Made by a program: the position numbers and the translations under genes. A stretch of 25,720 nucleotides of DNA from a virus (Duplodnaviria; Caudoviricetes), in the IMG/VR virus record IMGVR_UViG_3300020594_000131, positions 1-25,720 of that record; one strand, given 5' to 3'. A model generated the notes under the pieces. That model was not told the DNA's origin and searched no databases. It saw nothing but the letters and a program-made list of their open reading frames with translations. This document shows, one piece after another, positions 1-8,668 of the stretch. The stretch's first letter is position 1, and each line of letters starts with the position of its first letter.

Positions 1-77
1 GCAAAGGGCAGGGATTTGGCGATATTGCGAAGTTCTGGCCGGTTGCCAACGACAATGACCAGAGGGAGGCGGCGTGA
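1..77 (+). CDS. 3' end of an upstream phage gene (partial), ending ...KGQGFGDIAKFWPVANDNDQREAA*
   Basis: Open frame 3-77 ends at TGA 75-77, which overlaps the next ATG (TGATG coupling). The product cannot be identified from 24 residues. Confidence 0.65.
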   Translation, partial: KGQGFGDIAKFWPVANDNDQREAA

Positions 78-265
78 TGGCCGTCCAATCCGACAAGTTC
101 CTCAACACGGTGCGTGGCAAGGCAATGGTCGGCCATGCCTCGCCAGAGGAAATCATGAAGGTCTTCGATCATCTCGATGCACTCGAAATGTTTCTCGACG
201 ATCACGACGAGGATGATGTGTTCGGAACAGAAGGCTCGCGCCACACAATCGGCATGGAGGACTAA
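77..265 (+). CDS. Small acidic hypothetical phage protein (62 aa)
   Basis: GGAGG RBS at 65-69; start coupled to the upstream stop; stop abuts the next ATG. Confidence 0.65.
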   Translation: MAVQSDKFLNTVRGKAMVGHASPEEIMKVFDHLDALEMFLDDHDEDDVFGTEGSRHTIGMED

Positions 266-508
266 ATGGACAAAGCTCTAGCTGGCCTCGTAGCAATCGC
301 GGCCATCCTCTTCTTCGCGCCGCTCATCGGCGTTCTCGGTGGCGCGTTCGTCGGCTGGGTCGTGGGCCTGTTTTTCGCAGAAACGATCCACGCCTTCCTT
401 GCCGCCGTTGGCATCAACGCGGCGGGCCTTGCGATGTGGCAGATCGGCGCCTCGCTCGGTTTCATCGGCGGGTTCTTCCGCCCGGCTATTCATCGGGCGA
501 AGGCGTAA
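266..508 (+). CDS. Small hydrophobic membrane protein (80 aa)
   Basis: GGAGG RBS just upstream; 2-3 Gly/Ala-rich hydrophobic segments; basic C-terminus. Confidence 0.7.
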   Translation: MDKALAGLVAIAAILFFAPLIGVLGGAFVGWVVGLFFAETIHAFLAAVGINAAGLAMWQIGASLGFIGGFFRPAIHRAKA

Positions 509-588
509 ACACCCAAAACCCCAACTACGCTGCAACAAGTAAATAACGTCGCTCCGCTGCGGACGGAGCGCGCGGAGCGACGGCGCAA
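490..588 (-). CDS. Candidate antisense small peptide MRRRSARSVRSGATLFTCCSVVGVLGVYAFAR (32 aa)
   Basis: TTG start with GGAGGAGG 6 nt upstream on the minus strand; basic N-terminus plus hydrophobic stretch. It could instead be a structured non-coding RNA. Confidence 0.3.
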   Translation of the reverse strand: MRRRSARSVRSGATLFTCCSVVGVLGVYAFAR

Positions 589-709
589 AGCAACCCTCCT
601 CCCCTGATTACTTACGCAGCAGCGAATTACCATGAGAATAAAATGGTTAATAGTTAATCATCCGTAACGATTACCTAACCACACCACCAACAACACGAGG
701 ATTTTATAG

Positions 710-1267
710 ATGGCCAGACTTGGCTCAACATTTGACGCAACCAAACACGATACGACGCAGTCCGATTACTCGGAACTGCCGAACGGCGACTATGAGTTGG
801 AAATCGAGGCCAGCGAAGTAGCTGCCACGAAGGACGGCACGGGCACTATCCTGAAGACGACGATGGTCGTTATTCGCCCGGAGGAGTACGCGAAGCGCAA
901 GCTCTTCAACAATTACAACCTCGAAAACAAAAGCACTCAGGCGCAAGAGATCGGCCAGCGCCAATTCGCCAGCCTTTGCCGGGCGATTGGTGTTTCGGAA
1001 GTCGAGGATTCCGAAGAACTGCACTTCAAAGCGTTCACGGCAAAGATTGGCCTCGGCAAGCCTTCCAAGGACGGCCAGTACCCGGCTCGTGCTGAGATCA
1101 AGAAATACTACTTCCCCGACGAGGGAAATGTCCCCCAGCCTTCAATCGACGCCAATCAGTCTGTAGCGCAGGCTCGCCCAGCCAATGACAACCGACCGGC
1201 CGCGGCAAACAGCAATAAGCCAGCGCCAGCGGCTGCTGTGGCAGGCAAGAAGCGACCTTGGGGCTAA
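710..1267 (+). CDS. DUF669-like phage protein, probable ssDNA-binding protein
   Basis: 'YSELPNGDYELEIEASEV' and 'QEIGQRQFASLCRAIG' pattern; low-complexity tail ending 'RPWG'; position in the recombination module; RBS GAGGA. Confidence 0.75.
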   Translation: MARLGSTFDATKHDTTQSDYSELPNGDYELEIEASEVAATKDGTGTILKTTMVVIRPEEYAKRKLFNNYNLENKSTQAQEIGQRQFASLCRAIGVSEVEDSEELHFKAFTAKIGLGKPSKDGQYPARAEIKKYYFPDEGNVPQPSIDANQSVAQARPANDNRPAAANSNKPAPAAAVAGKKRPWG

Positions 1268-1279
1268 GCCACGCCAACC

Positions 1280-1307
1280 TGCTACTGGCGCGAAAGCGCC
1301 GGTAGCA
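1280..1307 (+). promoter_or_regulatory. 12-bp intergenic hairpin with GAAA tetraloop and no U-tract
   Basis: tgctactggcgc-gaaa-gcgccggtagca (one G-U pair). Confidence 0.55.
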
Positions 1308-1341
1308 ACCACTGTACCGAACCGAACACGAGGAGACTTTG

Positions 1342-2403
1342 ATGAGAGTCAGCATTGACCGCTCACAGCTCGCGCACGCCTTGGCTACCGTCAATCGTGC
1401 CATCGAAAGCCGCAATTCAATTCCTATTCTCGCCAACGTGCTCTTGGCTGTTGAGAACGGCCAGTTGCGCCTGACGGGCACCGATCTGGACGTGGAGATA
1501 ACGACCAGTCTGCCGGTGCTCGACTGCCAGCCTGGTAGCGTAACCGTTCCCGGCAAGATGCTTGCGGACATCGCAAAGCGTGCGACGGGCGACGTTACCC
1601 TTGAGCTGGATGCAGCTAGCGGTGGAGGCCGCCTTACCGTCGCGTCTGGTCGCAGCCGTTACAAGCTCGACGTTTTGCCCGCTGAGGACTTTCCGTCCTT
1701 CAGTGCAGGGAAGTTCGACACGACGCTTGAGTTCGATCTGGCTGCGCTTGTGGCGCCGTGTGTGCACTGTATTTCGACAGATGAGACACGTTACTATCTG
1801 GCTGGCGTTTATCTCCATGCCGTTGACGGCCGCTTGGTTGCTGTCGCAACCGACGGGCACCGGCTGATGCGAAACACAGGTCCCGAAGGTACCCTGCCTT
1901 CCTCGTTGGAGGGCGGCGTTATCCTGCCGCGTAAGCTGGTCGGGATACTGCCGAAGGGCGCTGTCACGATTGAACTGTCCCAAAACAAGGTGCGCATCAC
2001 GTCTGGCTCGACGTTGATCACGTCAAAGCTGATCGACGGCACTTTTCCTGATTATGTGCGCGTCATTCCAACCGGCAATAGCAACATACTTACCGTTGAC
2101 CGGCAGGCGCTCATGAAGGCGGTCGAGCGTGTCGCCGCTGTTGCTGACGACAAATCGCGCGCCGTGAAATTCACGGTCGGCGATGTGCTGCGGCTGATGC
2201 TGGCTGACAAGGCTAGCGATGAAATTGAGGCGACATTCGAAGGCGAGCCTTTGGAAATCGGCTTCAACGCCCGGTACGTCAACGACATGCTTGGCTCGCT
2301 GGATGAAGCAAACGTGCGTTTTGCGCTCGGCGATGCAGGCTCGCCTGCCGTCGTCAAAGGCGAGGGCAAGTGGACGGGCGTGCTGATGCCGATGAGGGTC
2401 TAG
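1342..2403 (+). CDS. dnaN: Phage-encoded DNA polymerase III beta subunit (sliding clamp)
   Basis: Motifs 'IPILANVLL', 'LTGTDLDV', 'DETRYYLAGVYL', 'VATDGHRL', 'SKLIDGTFPDY', 'IGFNARY' and C-terminal 'VLMPMRV'. Confidence 0.95.
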   Translation: MRVSIDRSQLAHALATVNRAIESRNSIPILANVLLAVENGQLRLTGTDLDVEITTSLPVLDCQPGSVTVPGKMLADIAKRATGDVTLELDAASGGGRLTVASGRSRYKLDVLPAEDFPSFSAGKFDTTLEFDLAALVAPCVHCISTDETRYYLAGVYLHAVDGRLVAVATDGHRLMRNTGPEGTLPSSLEGGVILPRKLVGILPKGAVTIELSQNKVRITSGSTLITSKLIDGTFPDYVRVIPTGNSNILTVDRQALMKAVERVAAVADDKSRAVKFTVGDVLRLMLADKASDEIEATFEGEPLEIGFNARYVNDMLGSLDEANVRFALGDAGSPAVVKGEGKWTGVLMPMRV

Positions 2404-2406
2404 GGG

Positions 2407-2586
2407 ATGGCAGTGACAATCCCCGAACCCACGATCTTCAACGCCATTGAATATGCGCTGCGCCATGAAGGCGTGACCGAAATCGCGTTTTCGGAAGATG
2501 GCGAATACGAAGTCGAAATCCACGAGGCGTCCAGCTTGATGCCGTTCGTCATGTGCCTGTTGCGCGAGTTGGAGGTGATTTCCTGA
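2407..2586 (+). CDS. Hypothetical protein, 59 aa (MAVTIPEPTIFNAIEYALRHEG...RELEVIS)
   Basis: Translated by hand (absent from the ORF track); fills the gap exactly and is TGATG-coupled to the next gene. Confidence 0.7.
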   Translation: MAVTIPEPTIFNAIEYALRHEGVTEIAFSEDGEYEVEIHEASSLMPFVMCLLRELEVIS

Positions 2587-3527
2587 TGGCACCGATCCCA
2601 CGGCCTAACTCATCCACGGTGTCGGCCATCTACGCAGCTTACGAGACCCAGGCTAAGTCCTGGGACTCGTGGGGCATAAGCGTGGGAGAGGCGGGCACAG
2701 AATGTGACAGAGCCTTATGGTACGGCTTCCGCTGGGTGTCGGCGCACGAGGTTCATTCTGGCCGCCAACTTCGCTTGTTCGCCACCGGCAATATCGAGGA
2801 AGACCGCTTGGTCGCTGACCTCGAAAGCATTGGCGTCGACGTTTACGGGCAGCAGGACAAAATCAGGCTGGTGTCGGGTTTCGTGCGCGGCAAGTGCGAT
2901 GGCAAGGCAATGGGCGTACCCGAAGCTCCGAAGACTGAACACTTGTTGGAATTCAAGTCGAGCAACGAGAAGGGCATCAAGGAACTGCAGAAGCATAGCT
3001 GCCAGAAGGCTAAGCCCATGCACTATGCCCAGTGCCAACTTGGAATGCACGATTTCGGACTGACGCGCTGCCTGTATCTAGCATCGTGCAAGAACACCGA
3101 CACGCTTTATGCCGAACGTATCGAATATGATGTCGAATTCTGTCTTCGCCTGCTGGCACGCTGCGAACGCATCGTGTTTTCGGACGAGCCGCCCAGCCGT
3201 ATCAGTGAAGATCCGGAGTTTTTCGGATGCTTGTTCTGCAAGCACCGTGGCGTCTGCCACGAAGGCGTGCAGCCGCGCGTAAACTGCCGCACTTGCCTTC
3301 ATGTTCAGCCAGAGCACGGCGGCGACTGCCACATGTCATGCTCGCGCTGGAACAAGCCGTTGTCGATCGACGAGCAGCGAGACGGCTGCCCGGCACACCT
3401 CTACCTGCCGGGACTGATAAATGGCGAGCAGATCGATGCGGACGAGGTCGCAGAGACGGTCACATATCGACTGGCTACGGGTGAGATTTGGGTGGATGGC
3501 GCCAACGACAATAAGAAGGTAGCATAA
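2586..3527 (+). CDS. Cas4-like / PD-(D/E)xK phage exonuclease with Cys cluster
   Basis: 'ECDRALWYGFRW', 'GKCDG...LLEFKS', 'HYAQCQLGM', 'CLFCKHRGVC', 'NCRTC'; RBS GGAGG before ATG 2586. Confidence 0.85.
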   Translation: MAPIPRPNSSTVSAIYAAYETQAKSWDSWGISVGEAGTECDRALWYGFRWVSAHEVHSGRQLRLFATGNIEEDRLVADLESIGVDVYGQQDKIRLVSGFVRGKCDGKAMGVPEAPKTEHLLEFKSSNEKGIKELQKHSCQKAKPMHYAQCQLGMHDFGLTRCLYLASCKNTDTLYAERIEYDVEFCLRLLARCERIVFSDEPPSRISEDPEFFGCLFCKHRGVCHEGVQPRVNCRTCLHVQPEHGGDCHMSCSRWNKPLSIDEQRDGCPAHLYLPGLINGEQIDADEVAETVTYRLATGEIWVDGANDNKKVA

Positions 3528-5305
3528 TGCTTGAACTCAGGTCGTACCAACGCGAAAGCATCGACGCCCTTTACGAATACTGGGCTAATGGCGGCGGTAA
3601 CGGATTAATCGTACTGCCGACCGGCGCCGGCAAAGCTCTAGTCATTGCCAAGATCATTGAGGAGTTGCTTGCTCAATACCCAGACATGCGGATCGTCAAT
3701 GTCACGCATTCGGCGTCATTGGTCGAACAGAACTTCAAGGAGTTCTTGGGCCTTTCTCCGTTCGCGCCTGCCGGCATTTATTCCGCCAGCCTCAATCGCA
3801 GGGACAGCAGAGCACAAGTGCTGTTCTGTGGCATTCAGTCAGTTTGGAACAAGGTCAAGGAGTTGGGGCCAATCGATCTTGTCTTGGTCGATGAGGCTCA
3901 TGCCATTAGCCGCAACGCTAATACTCAATACGGCAAATTCTTCCGCGATGTTCGCGAGACCAATCCAGACAGCAGAACGGCCGGAACGACGGCTACCGAT
4001 TACCGCATGGATTCGGGTCGCCTGACAGATGAAATGGATTCCGATGACGATGTGGACGAAGACGGCAATAAGGTCAGGTTCAAGTTGTTTGACGATGTCG
4101 TCTATGAAGTTGGCATCGCGGAACTTATCGAGAATGGCTACCTGACGAAGCTAACCAGCCACAAGACCAGTGCGAAAATTGACTTGAAAGGAGTAGGCTC
4201 TAGAGGCGGTGACTACATCCCGGGTCAATTGTCTGCCGCGGCAGAGAAGATCATTGAAGACGCTATAGCGGAAGACATGGTCATGTCTGAGGGCCGACGT
4301 GCTGGGCTTTTCTTTAGCACCAGCAAAGAAAACGCACGCCATATTGCCGAGTGTATTCGCAGCCATGGACGCTCGTGCGCTGTCCTTACAAGTGATAATG
4401 CGCACCAGACCAAGGAGGTATTTGAAGGCTTCCGATCCGGCAAGTACTGGGCAATTTCATCGGTCTCAATGATTACAACCGGGACGAATTTCCCGTTCGT
4501 GGACTTTATCAGCCTTATCTTGTCCACGAAATCAGCGGGAAAACTGGTGCAGATTTTGGGGCGTGGCACTCGCAACTCACCTGGAAAGACAGAGTGCTTG
4601 ATTGCAGACCACGGCAAGAACCTCGCCTATCACGGGCCAATTGATCAGATTCGTCCCAAGGCCCCGGGCAGTGGAGACGGAGAGGCGCCTCGAAAGACCT
4701 GCCCAAGTGAAGAAACACTGGGAGCGGTGCGGGATGAGGAAGGAAAGTTCGGCTGCGGCGAACTCATTCACGCGTCCGCCAAGATTTGCCATTGCTGCGG
4801 CTACATTTTCCCACCTAGCGGAGAGGTTAAAATTACGGCGACCGCTGCTGATGTGCCAGTTCTATCGAAAGACAGTGCCAGCGAAAGAGAAGTGACGCGC
4901 AGGACGTTTTATTTCCATGAGGCCAAGCCAGGGAAAAAAGACACGGTGAAGGTCAGTTACATGTGCGGCGTGACTGTCATGAATGATTGGCACGGCCCCG
5001 GACATACAGGTTTTTTCAAGTCGAAAGCAGATCGTTATTGGGCGCGCCACGGCGGTCTCCGTCCCTTTCCTTCAACTGTCATGGAATGGCTAGAACGCCA
5101 GAACGAACTTCGCCCTACAGAGATTATCAAAGTACGTCCCAACGGAAAATATTGGGAGGTTCTAGAGGCCGTACCGGGCGACGGCGCGCCACAAGGCGAG
5201 AATGACAACACGCCGGAGGCTGGCAACGACAACGTGCCTACGGCAAACTACGGGCGGGTATCTGCCGGCCTGGCTGAAATATTGGACGACGAGATACCAT
5301 GGTGA
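3527..5305 (+). CDS. Superfamily II (DEAH; RadD/YejH-like) DNA helicase with C-terminal Zn finger
   Basis: 'LRSYQ', Walker A 'PTGAGKA', 'DEAH', 'TAT', motif VI 'QILGRGTR', 'CHCCGYIF'. Confidence 0.92.
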   Translation: MLELRSYQRESIDALYEYWANGGGNGLIVLPTGAGKALVIAKIIEELLAQYPDMRIVNVTHSASLVEQNFKEFLGLSPFAPAGIYSASLNRRDSRAQVLFCGIQSVWNKVKELGPIDLVLVDEAHAISRNANTQYGKFFRDVRETNPDSRTAGTTATDYRMDSGRLTDEMDSDDDVDEDGNKVRFKLFDDVVYEVGIAELIENGYLTKLTSHKTSAKIDLKGVGSRGGDYIPGQLSAAAEKIIEDAIAEDMVMSEGRRAGLFFSTSKENARHIAECIRSHGRSCAVLTSDNAHQTKEVFEGFRSGKYWAISSVSMITTGTNFPFVDFISLILSTKSAGKLVQILGRGTRNSPGKTECLIADHGKNLAYHGPIDQIRPKAPGSGDGEAPRKTCPSEETLGAVRDEEGKFGCGELIHASAKICHCCGYIFPPSGEVKITATAADVPVLSKDSASEREVTRRTFYFHEAKPGKKDTVKVSYMCGVTVMNDWHGPGHTGFFKSKADRYWARHGGLRPFPSTVMEWLERQNELRPTEIIKVRPNGKYWEVLEAVPGDGAPQGENDNTPEAGNDNVPTANYGRVSAGLAEILDDEIPW

Positions 5306-5868
5306 TCATAGACAATGATAATTTGCCAGTAGAGGAGTGGCGGCAAGTTCCTTCTATTCTAGAGGTTGAAGCTAGCTCACACGGGCGAATAAGGCGAAAA
5401 CCTCATACTGGAATAATGCCGCACGGCGGTACCCGTGAGTACAAATCTGAGCCTAGATTTGGAAGCATAACGTCGGCGTCAAAAGATGCTAGGCATTTAT
5501 ACTTCAATGTCCTCTATCGCGGTATTGGTAACGTTAAGGTTCACTTTGCAGTATGTGAAGCTTTCCACGGAACAAATCCAGATGGGAGTAGCGGTGTCCG
5601 ACACCTCAACGAGAATGGGTTAGACAATCGGCCCACTAACCTTCGGTGGGATTCACAAAAGATCAATCTGAATGATCCCGCGTTCAAGAGTTATCAGCGC
5701 CGTCGCGTTTCACCGAAATCCAACTCCAGACTGAGTAAACGTGAAAAGAGATCCGGCATATATGACAGCATCCTGGATATCGGGATGATGATGATGGAAA
5801 AAAGGAAAATTCGGGCTGATAACGATAATTTTCCGCCCATTAACGGGATGCGCCGCGAGGCATGTTAA
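5299..5868 (+). CDS. NUMOD4-HNH homing endonuclease-like protein
   Basis: NUMOD4-like 'EEWRQVPSILEVEASSHGRIR'; HNH 'VHFAVCEAFHG...VRHLNENGLDNRPTNLRWDSQKIN'; more AT-rich than its neighbours. Confidence 0.8.
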   Translation: MVIIDNDNLPVEEWRQVPSILEVEASSHGRIRRKPHTGIMPHGGTREYKSEPRFGSITSASKDARHLYFNVLYRGIGNVKVHFAVCEAFHGTNPDGSSGVRHLNENGLDNRPTNLRWDSQKINLNDPAFKSYQRRRVSPKSNSRLSKREKRSGIYDSILDIGMMMMEKRKIRADNDNFPPINGMRREAC

Positions 5869-5924
5869 TTTACCTACCGCTGCTTATCGCAGCAAAACCA
5901 ACCACCAAAACACGAGGAGCAATG

Positions 5925-6665
5925 ATGACGGAGAATTACGACCCGTATAACCCGGCGCCTATTGGTCACAATAGACCGCCGCTTACTGTCTACGAGACTG
6001 TAAAACAGGAAATCGAAGACCTGTTTGATGAAGCTAAAAATTTCGCGGACGGTGAAGCAATAGACAATCAACAGTTGGCCGACGCGATCACCGAACTGCA
6101 CGACAAACTGCATGAGGCCGGGAAGCGCGCCGACGAGGCCCGCAAGGACGAAGCGAAGCCACATGACGACGCAAAGGCTGAGATACAGGACCGCTACAAC
6201 AAGCTGATCGGCAATACGAAGTCAGTCAAAGGAAAAGTCGTTCTTGGCAAGGAAACGTTGCAGGCCTTGCTGACGCCATGGCGCAATAAGCTTGTTGCCG
6301 AAAAGGAAGCTGCCGCGCGCGCTGCGCGTGAAGAGGCTGACCGCATTGCGCGTGAAGCGCAGGAGGCCATGCGGGCCAGCGCAGGCAATCTCGAAGAGCG
6401 CGAGAAAGCCGAAGAGCTGCTTGCCGAGTCGAAGAAAGCAGACCGATGGGCCAAGCGCGAAGATCGGTCAGCAACCACGGGCACGGGGCTGCGCACTATC
6501 TGGCACTGCAAGTTGGAAGATGAAGGCAAGGCACTCGACTGGGCATATGGTCGTGCGCCAGAGCGCTTCAAGGAACTCGTGCAGTCGATGGCCGAAGAAA
6601 CTGTGCGCGCCGGGATGCGTCAGGTGCCGGGGTTCAAGATCTGGGATGAGCGGGTGGCGCGGTGA
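5925..6665 (+). CDS. Hypothetical coiled-coil phage protein
   Basis: GAGGAG RBS at 5914-5919; long A/E/R-rich helical region; C-terminal 'RQVPGFKIWDE'. Confidence 0.75.
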   Translation: MTENYDPYNPAPIGHNRPPLTVYETVKQEIEDLFDEAKNFADGEAIDNQQLADAITELHDKLHEAGKRADEARKDEAKPHDDAKAEIQDRYNKLIGNTKSVKGKVVLGKETLQALLTPWRNKLVAEKEAAARAAREEADRIAREAQEAMRASAGNLEEREKAEELLAESKKADRWAKREDRSATTGTGLRTIWHCKLEDEGKALDWAYGRAPERFKELVQSMAEETVRAGMRQVPGFKIWDERVAR

Positions 6666-6847
6666 TGGCGAAGCTAGACCCCGCGGATTACGTGCCGCGC
6701 ATCAAACGCTTGCGGGAGCAAGGGTTGGGGCTGGACGAGGCAAGGAAACAAGTGGACCGCGAGTACCTTCTGAATGCCATCGACGAAGCACGCAACTTCT
6801 ATGAACTGCGCGGGGTTATGCGCGCCTGTATGGAGAAGGTGTTGTGA
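6665..6847 (+). CDS. Small hypothetical protein
   Basis: Start and stop overlap both neighbouring genes. Confidence 0.65.
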   Translation: MAKLDPADYVPRIKRLREQGLGLDEARKQVDREYLLNAIDEARNFYELRGVMRACMEKVL

Positions 6848-7176
6848 GCAACTACGGCGACCAATTCATGAAGTGTCCGGAGTGCGGCGGCACGGCTGAG
6901 GCAGAATGCGTTGACGTCGGCGTCGGCCTTTACATCAGTGAAGAGTACGAATGCCCTTGTGGCTATAACTCGGCGGCTGATGGACGGATGAACGTCGCCA
7001 CCTACGACGACTGGTTTCCTGATCTAACCCGCCCGATTGCTGCCGTGCAGCAAGGCGGCTGGATAAGTCTCGACGGGTTCGTCGATCCGCCAACTGCTCC
7101 GTCGGGATTCACCACTGAAGTGAAGCTCGATTCGTACATGGGCTTTGTGACCGACTACAGGCACGTACCAGCCTAG
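6844..7176 (+). CDS. Hypothetical Zn-ribbon protein
   Basis: CPEC...CPC motif; GTGA overlap with the upstream gene. Confidence 0.6.
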   Translation: MSNYGDQFMKCPECGGTAEAECVDVGVGLYISEEYECPCGYNSAADGRMNVATYDDWFPDLTRPIAAVQQGGWISLDGFVDPPTAPSGFTTEVKLDSYMGFVTDYRHVPA

Positions 7177-7248
7177 GTCCGGGCCACGATCAACACCCCG
7201 CCAGCCACCAACTGGCGGGTTACCACCACGAAACACGAGGAGATGAGG

Positions 7249-8649
7249 ATGGACGCCTACGCGCGTTTCCTGCAAGGGAAGGCTATTGCCGATCCCGTTA
7301 CGGGAATGACTGACATTCCAGAACTAAGCCAGACGCTAAAGCCACATCAGCGTGATATCGTGCGGTGGGCTTTGCGCCGTGGTCGCGCTGCGATTTTTGC
7401 GGGCACGGGTCTCGGCAAGACATTAATGGAACTGACGTGGGCCGAGCATGTCTCGGACTACACCGGCAAGCCTGTTCTGATCTTCGCGCCACTGGCAGTC
7501 GCAGCGCAGCATATTAGAGAAGCTGCCAAGTTCGGTATTCCCGCCCGTATCGTTGCGTCTCAGTCGGACGTTGGGCCAGGCATCAACGTCACCAATTACC
7601 AGAAGATGGATCATTTCTCGCTAGAAGAATTTGGCGGCGTTGTGATCGATGAAAGCTCAATCCTAAAGTCCACAGACGGAAAGTATCGCAACCGACTGAT
7701 TGAGGAATGCGCGGCAATCCCGTTTCGTCTGGCTGCAACTGCTACGCCAGCGCCGAATGATTTCATGGAGCTTGGCAACCACGCGGAGTTTCTGGGCGTC
7801 ATGTCATATACCGACATGCTGGCCACGTTCTTCATCCACGATGGCGGCGAGACACAGAAATGGCGTCTGAAAGGCCATGCTGAAACCGAGTTTTGGACGT
7901 GGATGGCGTCATGGTCTGTGATGCTGCGCAAGCCTTCCGATCTTGGTTATGACAACACCGGATACGATCTGCCGCCGCTGACATATGACCAGCATACGGT
8001 GCAGGTGGAATATGCGCCGAGCGTCGAGACAGGGCTATTTTTCCCTATGGAAGCCCGTACGATGCAGGAACGCATTTCGGCGAGGAAAGACAGCGTAGGC
8101 GAACGCGTCGCGCTTGCTGCCCGTCTGACGCCAAATGACAGGCCATTTGTATGGTGGTGCAATCTGAATAGCGAGGCTGATACACTTGCAAAGGCTATAC
8201 CGGGCGCTGTCAACTTGTCTGGATCGGACAAGGACGACGACAAGGAACGCAAGATTGCTGACTTCCTATCCGGCAAGGCGCGAGTGTTAGTGTCCAAGCC
8301 TTCGATCTGTGGCTTTGGCCTCAACTTCCAGCACTGCGCTGATACCGGCTTCGTCGGTCTTAACGACAGCTTCGAGCAGATATTCCAAGCAGTTCGGCGG
8401 TTCTGGCGTTTCGGCCAGACGAAGCCAGTCAACGTTCATTTCATCGCGGCAGAAACCGAAGGCGCGATTGTTGCCAATCTCCGGCGCAAGGAAGCCGATG
8501 CCGAACGTATGGCAGCTGCGATGGTCATGCATATGGCCGATCTATCCAGCGAGGCGGTTCGTGGCGCTGTGCGTGACAAGCCGAACTATAACCCGCAACA
8601 GCCTATTCAGATACCGGCGTGGCTCACCACCAACGCCGTAGCCCACTAA
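7249..8649 (+). CDS. SNF2-like/SF2 helicase associated with a DNA methyltransferase
   Basis: 'LKPHQ', 'GTGLGKT', 'DESS', 'TATPAPND', 'GFGLNFQ', 'QAVRRFWRFGQ'. ATG 7249 has the best RBS spacing (alternative 7243). Confidence 0.88.
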   Translation: MDAYARFLQGKAIADPVTGMTDIPELSQTLKPHQRDIVRWALRRGRAAIFAGTGLGKTLMELTWAEHVSDYTGKPVLIFAPLAVAAQHIREAAKFGIPARIVASQSDVGPGINVTNYQKMDHFSLEEFGGVVIDESSILKSTDGKYRNRLIEECAAIPFRLAATATPAPNDFMELGNHAEFLGVMSYTDMLATFFIHDGGETQKWRLKGHAETEFWTWMASWSVMLRKPSDLGYDNTGYDLPPLTYDQHTVQVEYAPSVETGLFFPMEARTMQERISARKDSVGERVALAARLTPNDRPFVWWCNLNSEADTLAKAIPGAVNLSGSDKDDDKERKIADFLSGKARVLVSKPSICGFGLNFQHCADTGFVGLNDSFEQIFQAVRRFWRFGQTKPVNVHFIAAETEGAIVANLRRKEADAERMAAAMVMHMADLSSEAVRGAVRDKPNYNPQQPIQIPAWLTTNAVAH

Positions 8650-8668
8650 CCGACACGAGGAGAATTTC

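Noticed and set aside
2586-3527. Cas4-like gene as evidence of a CRISPR-Cas system
   Set aside because: No repeat-spacer array or other cas genes; the context is a phage recombination module.
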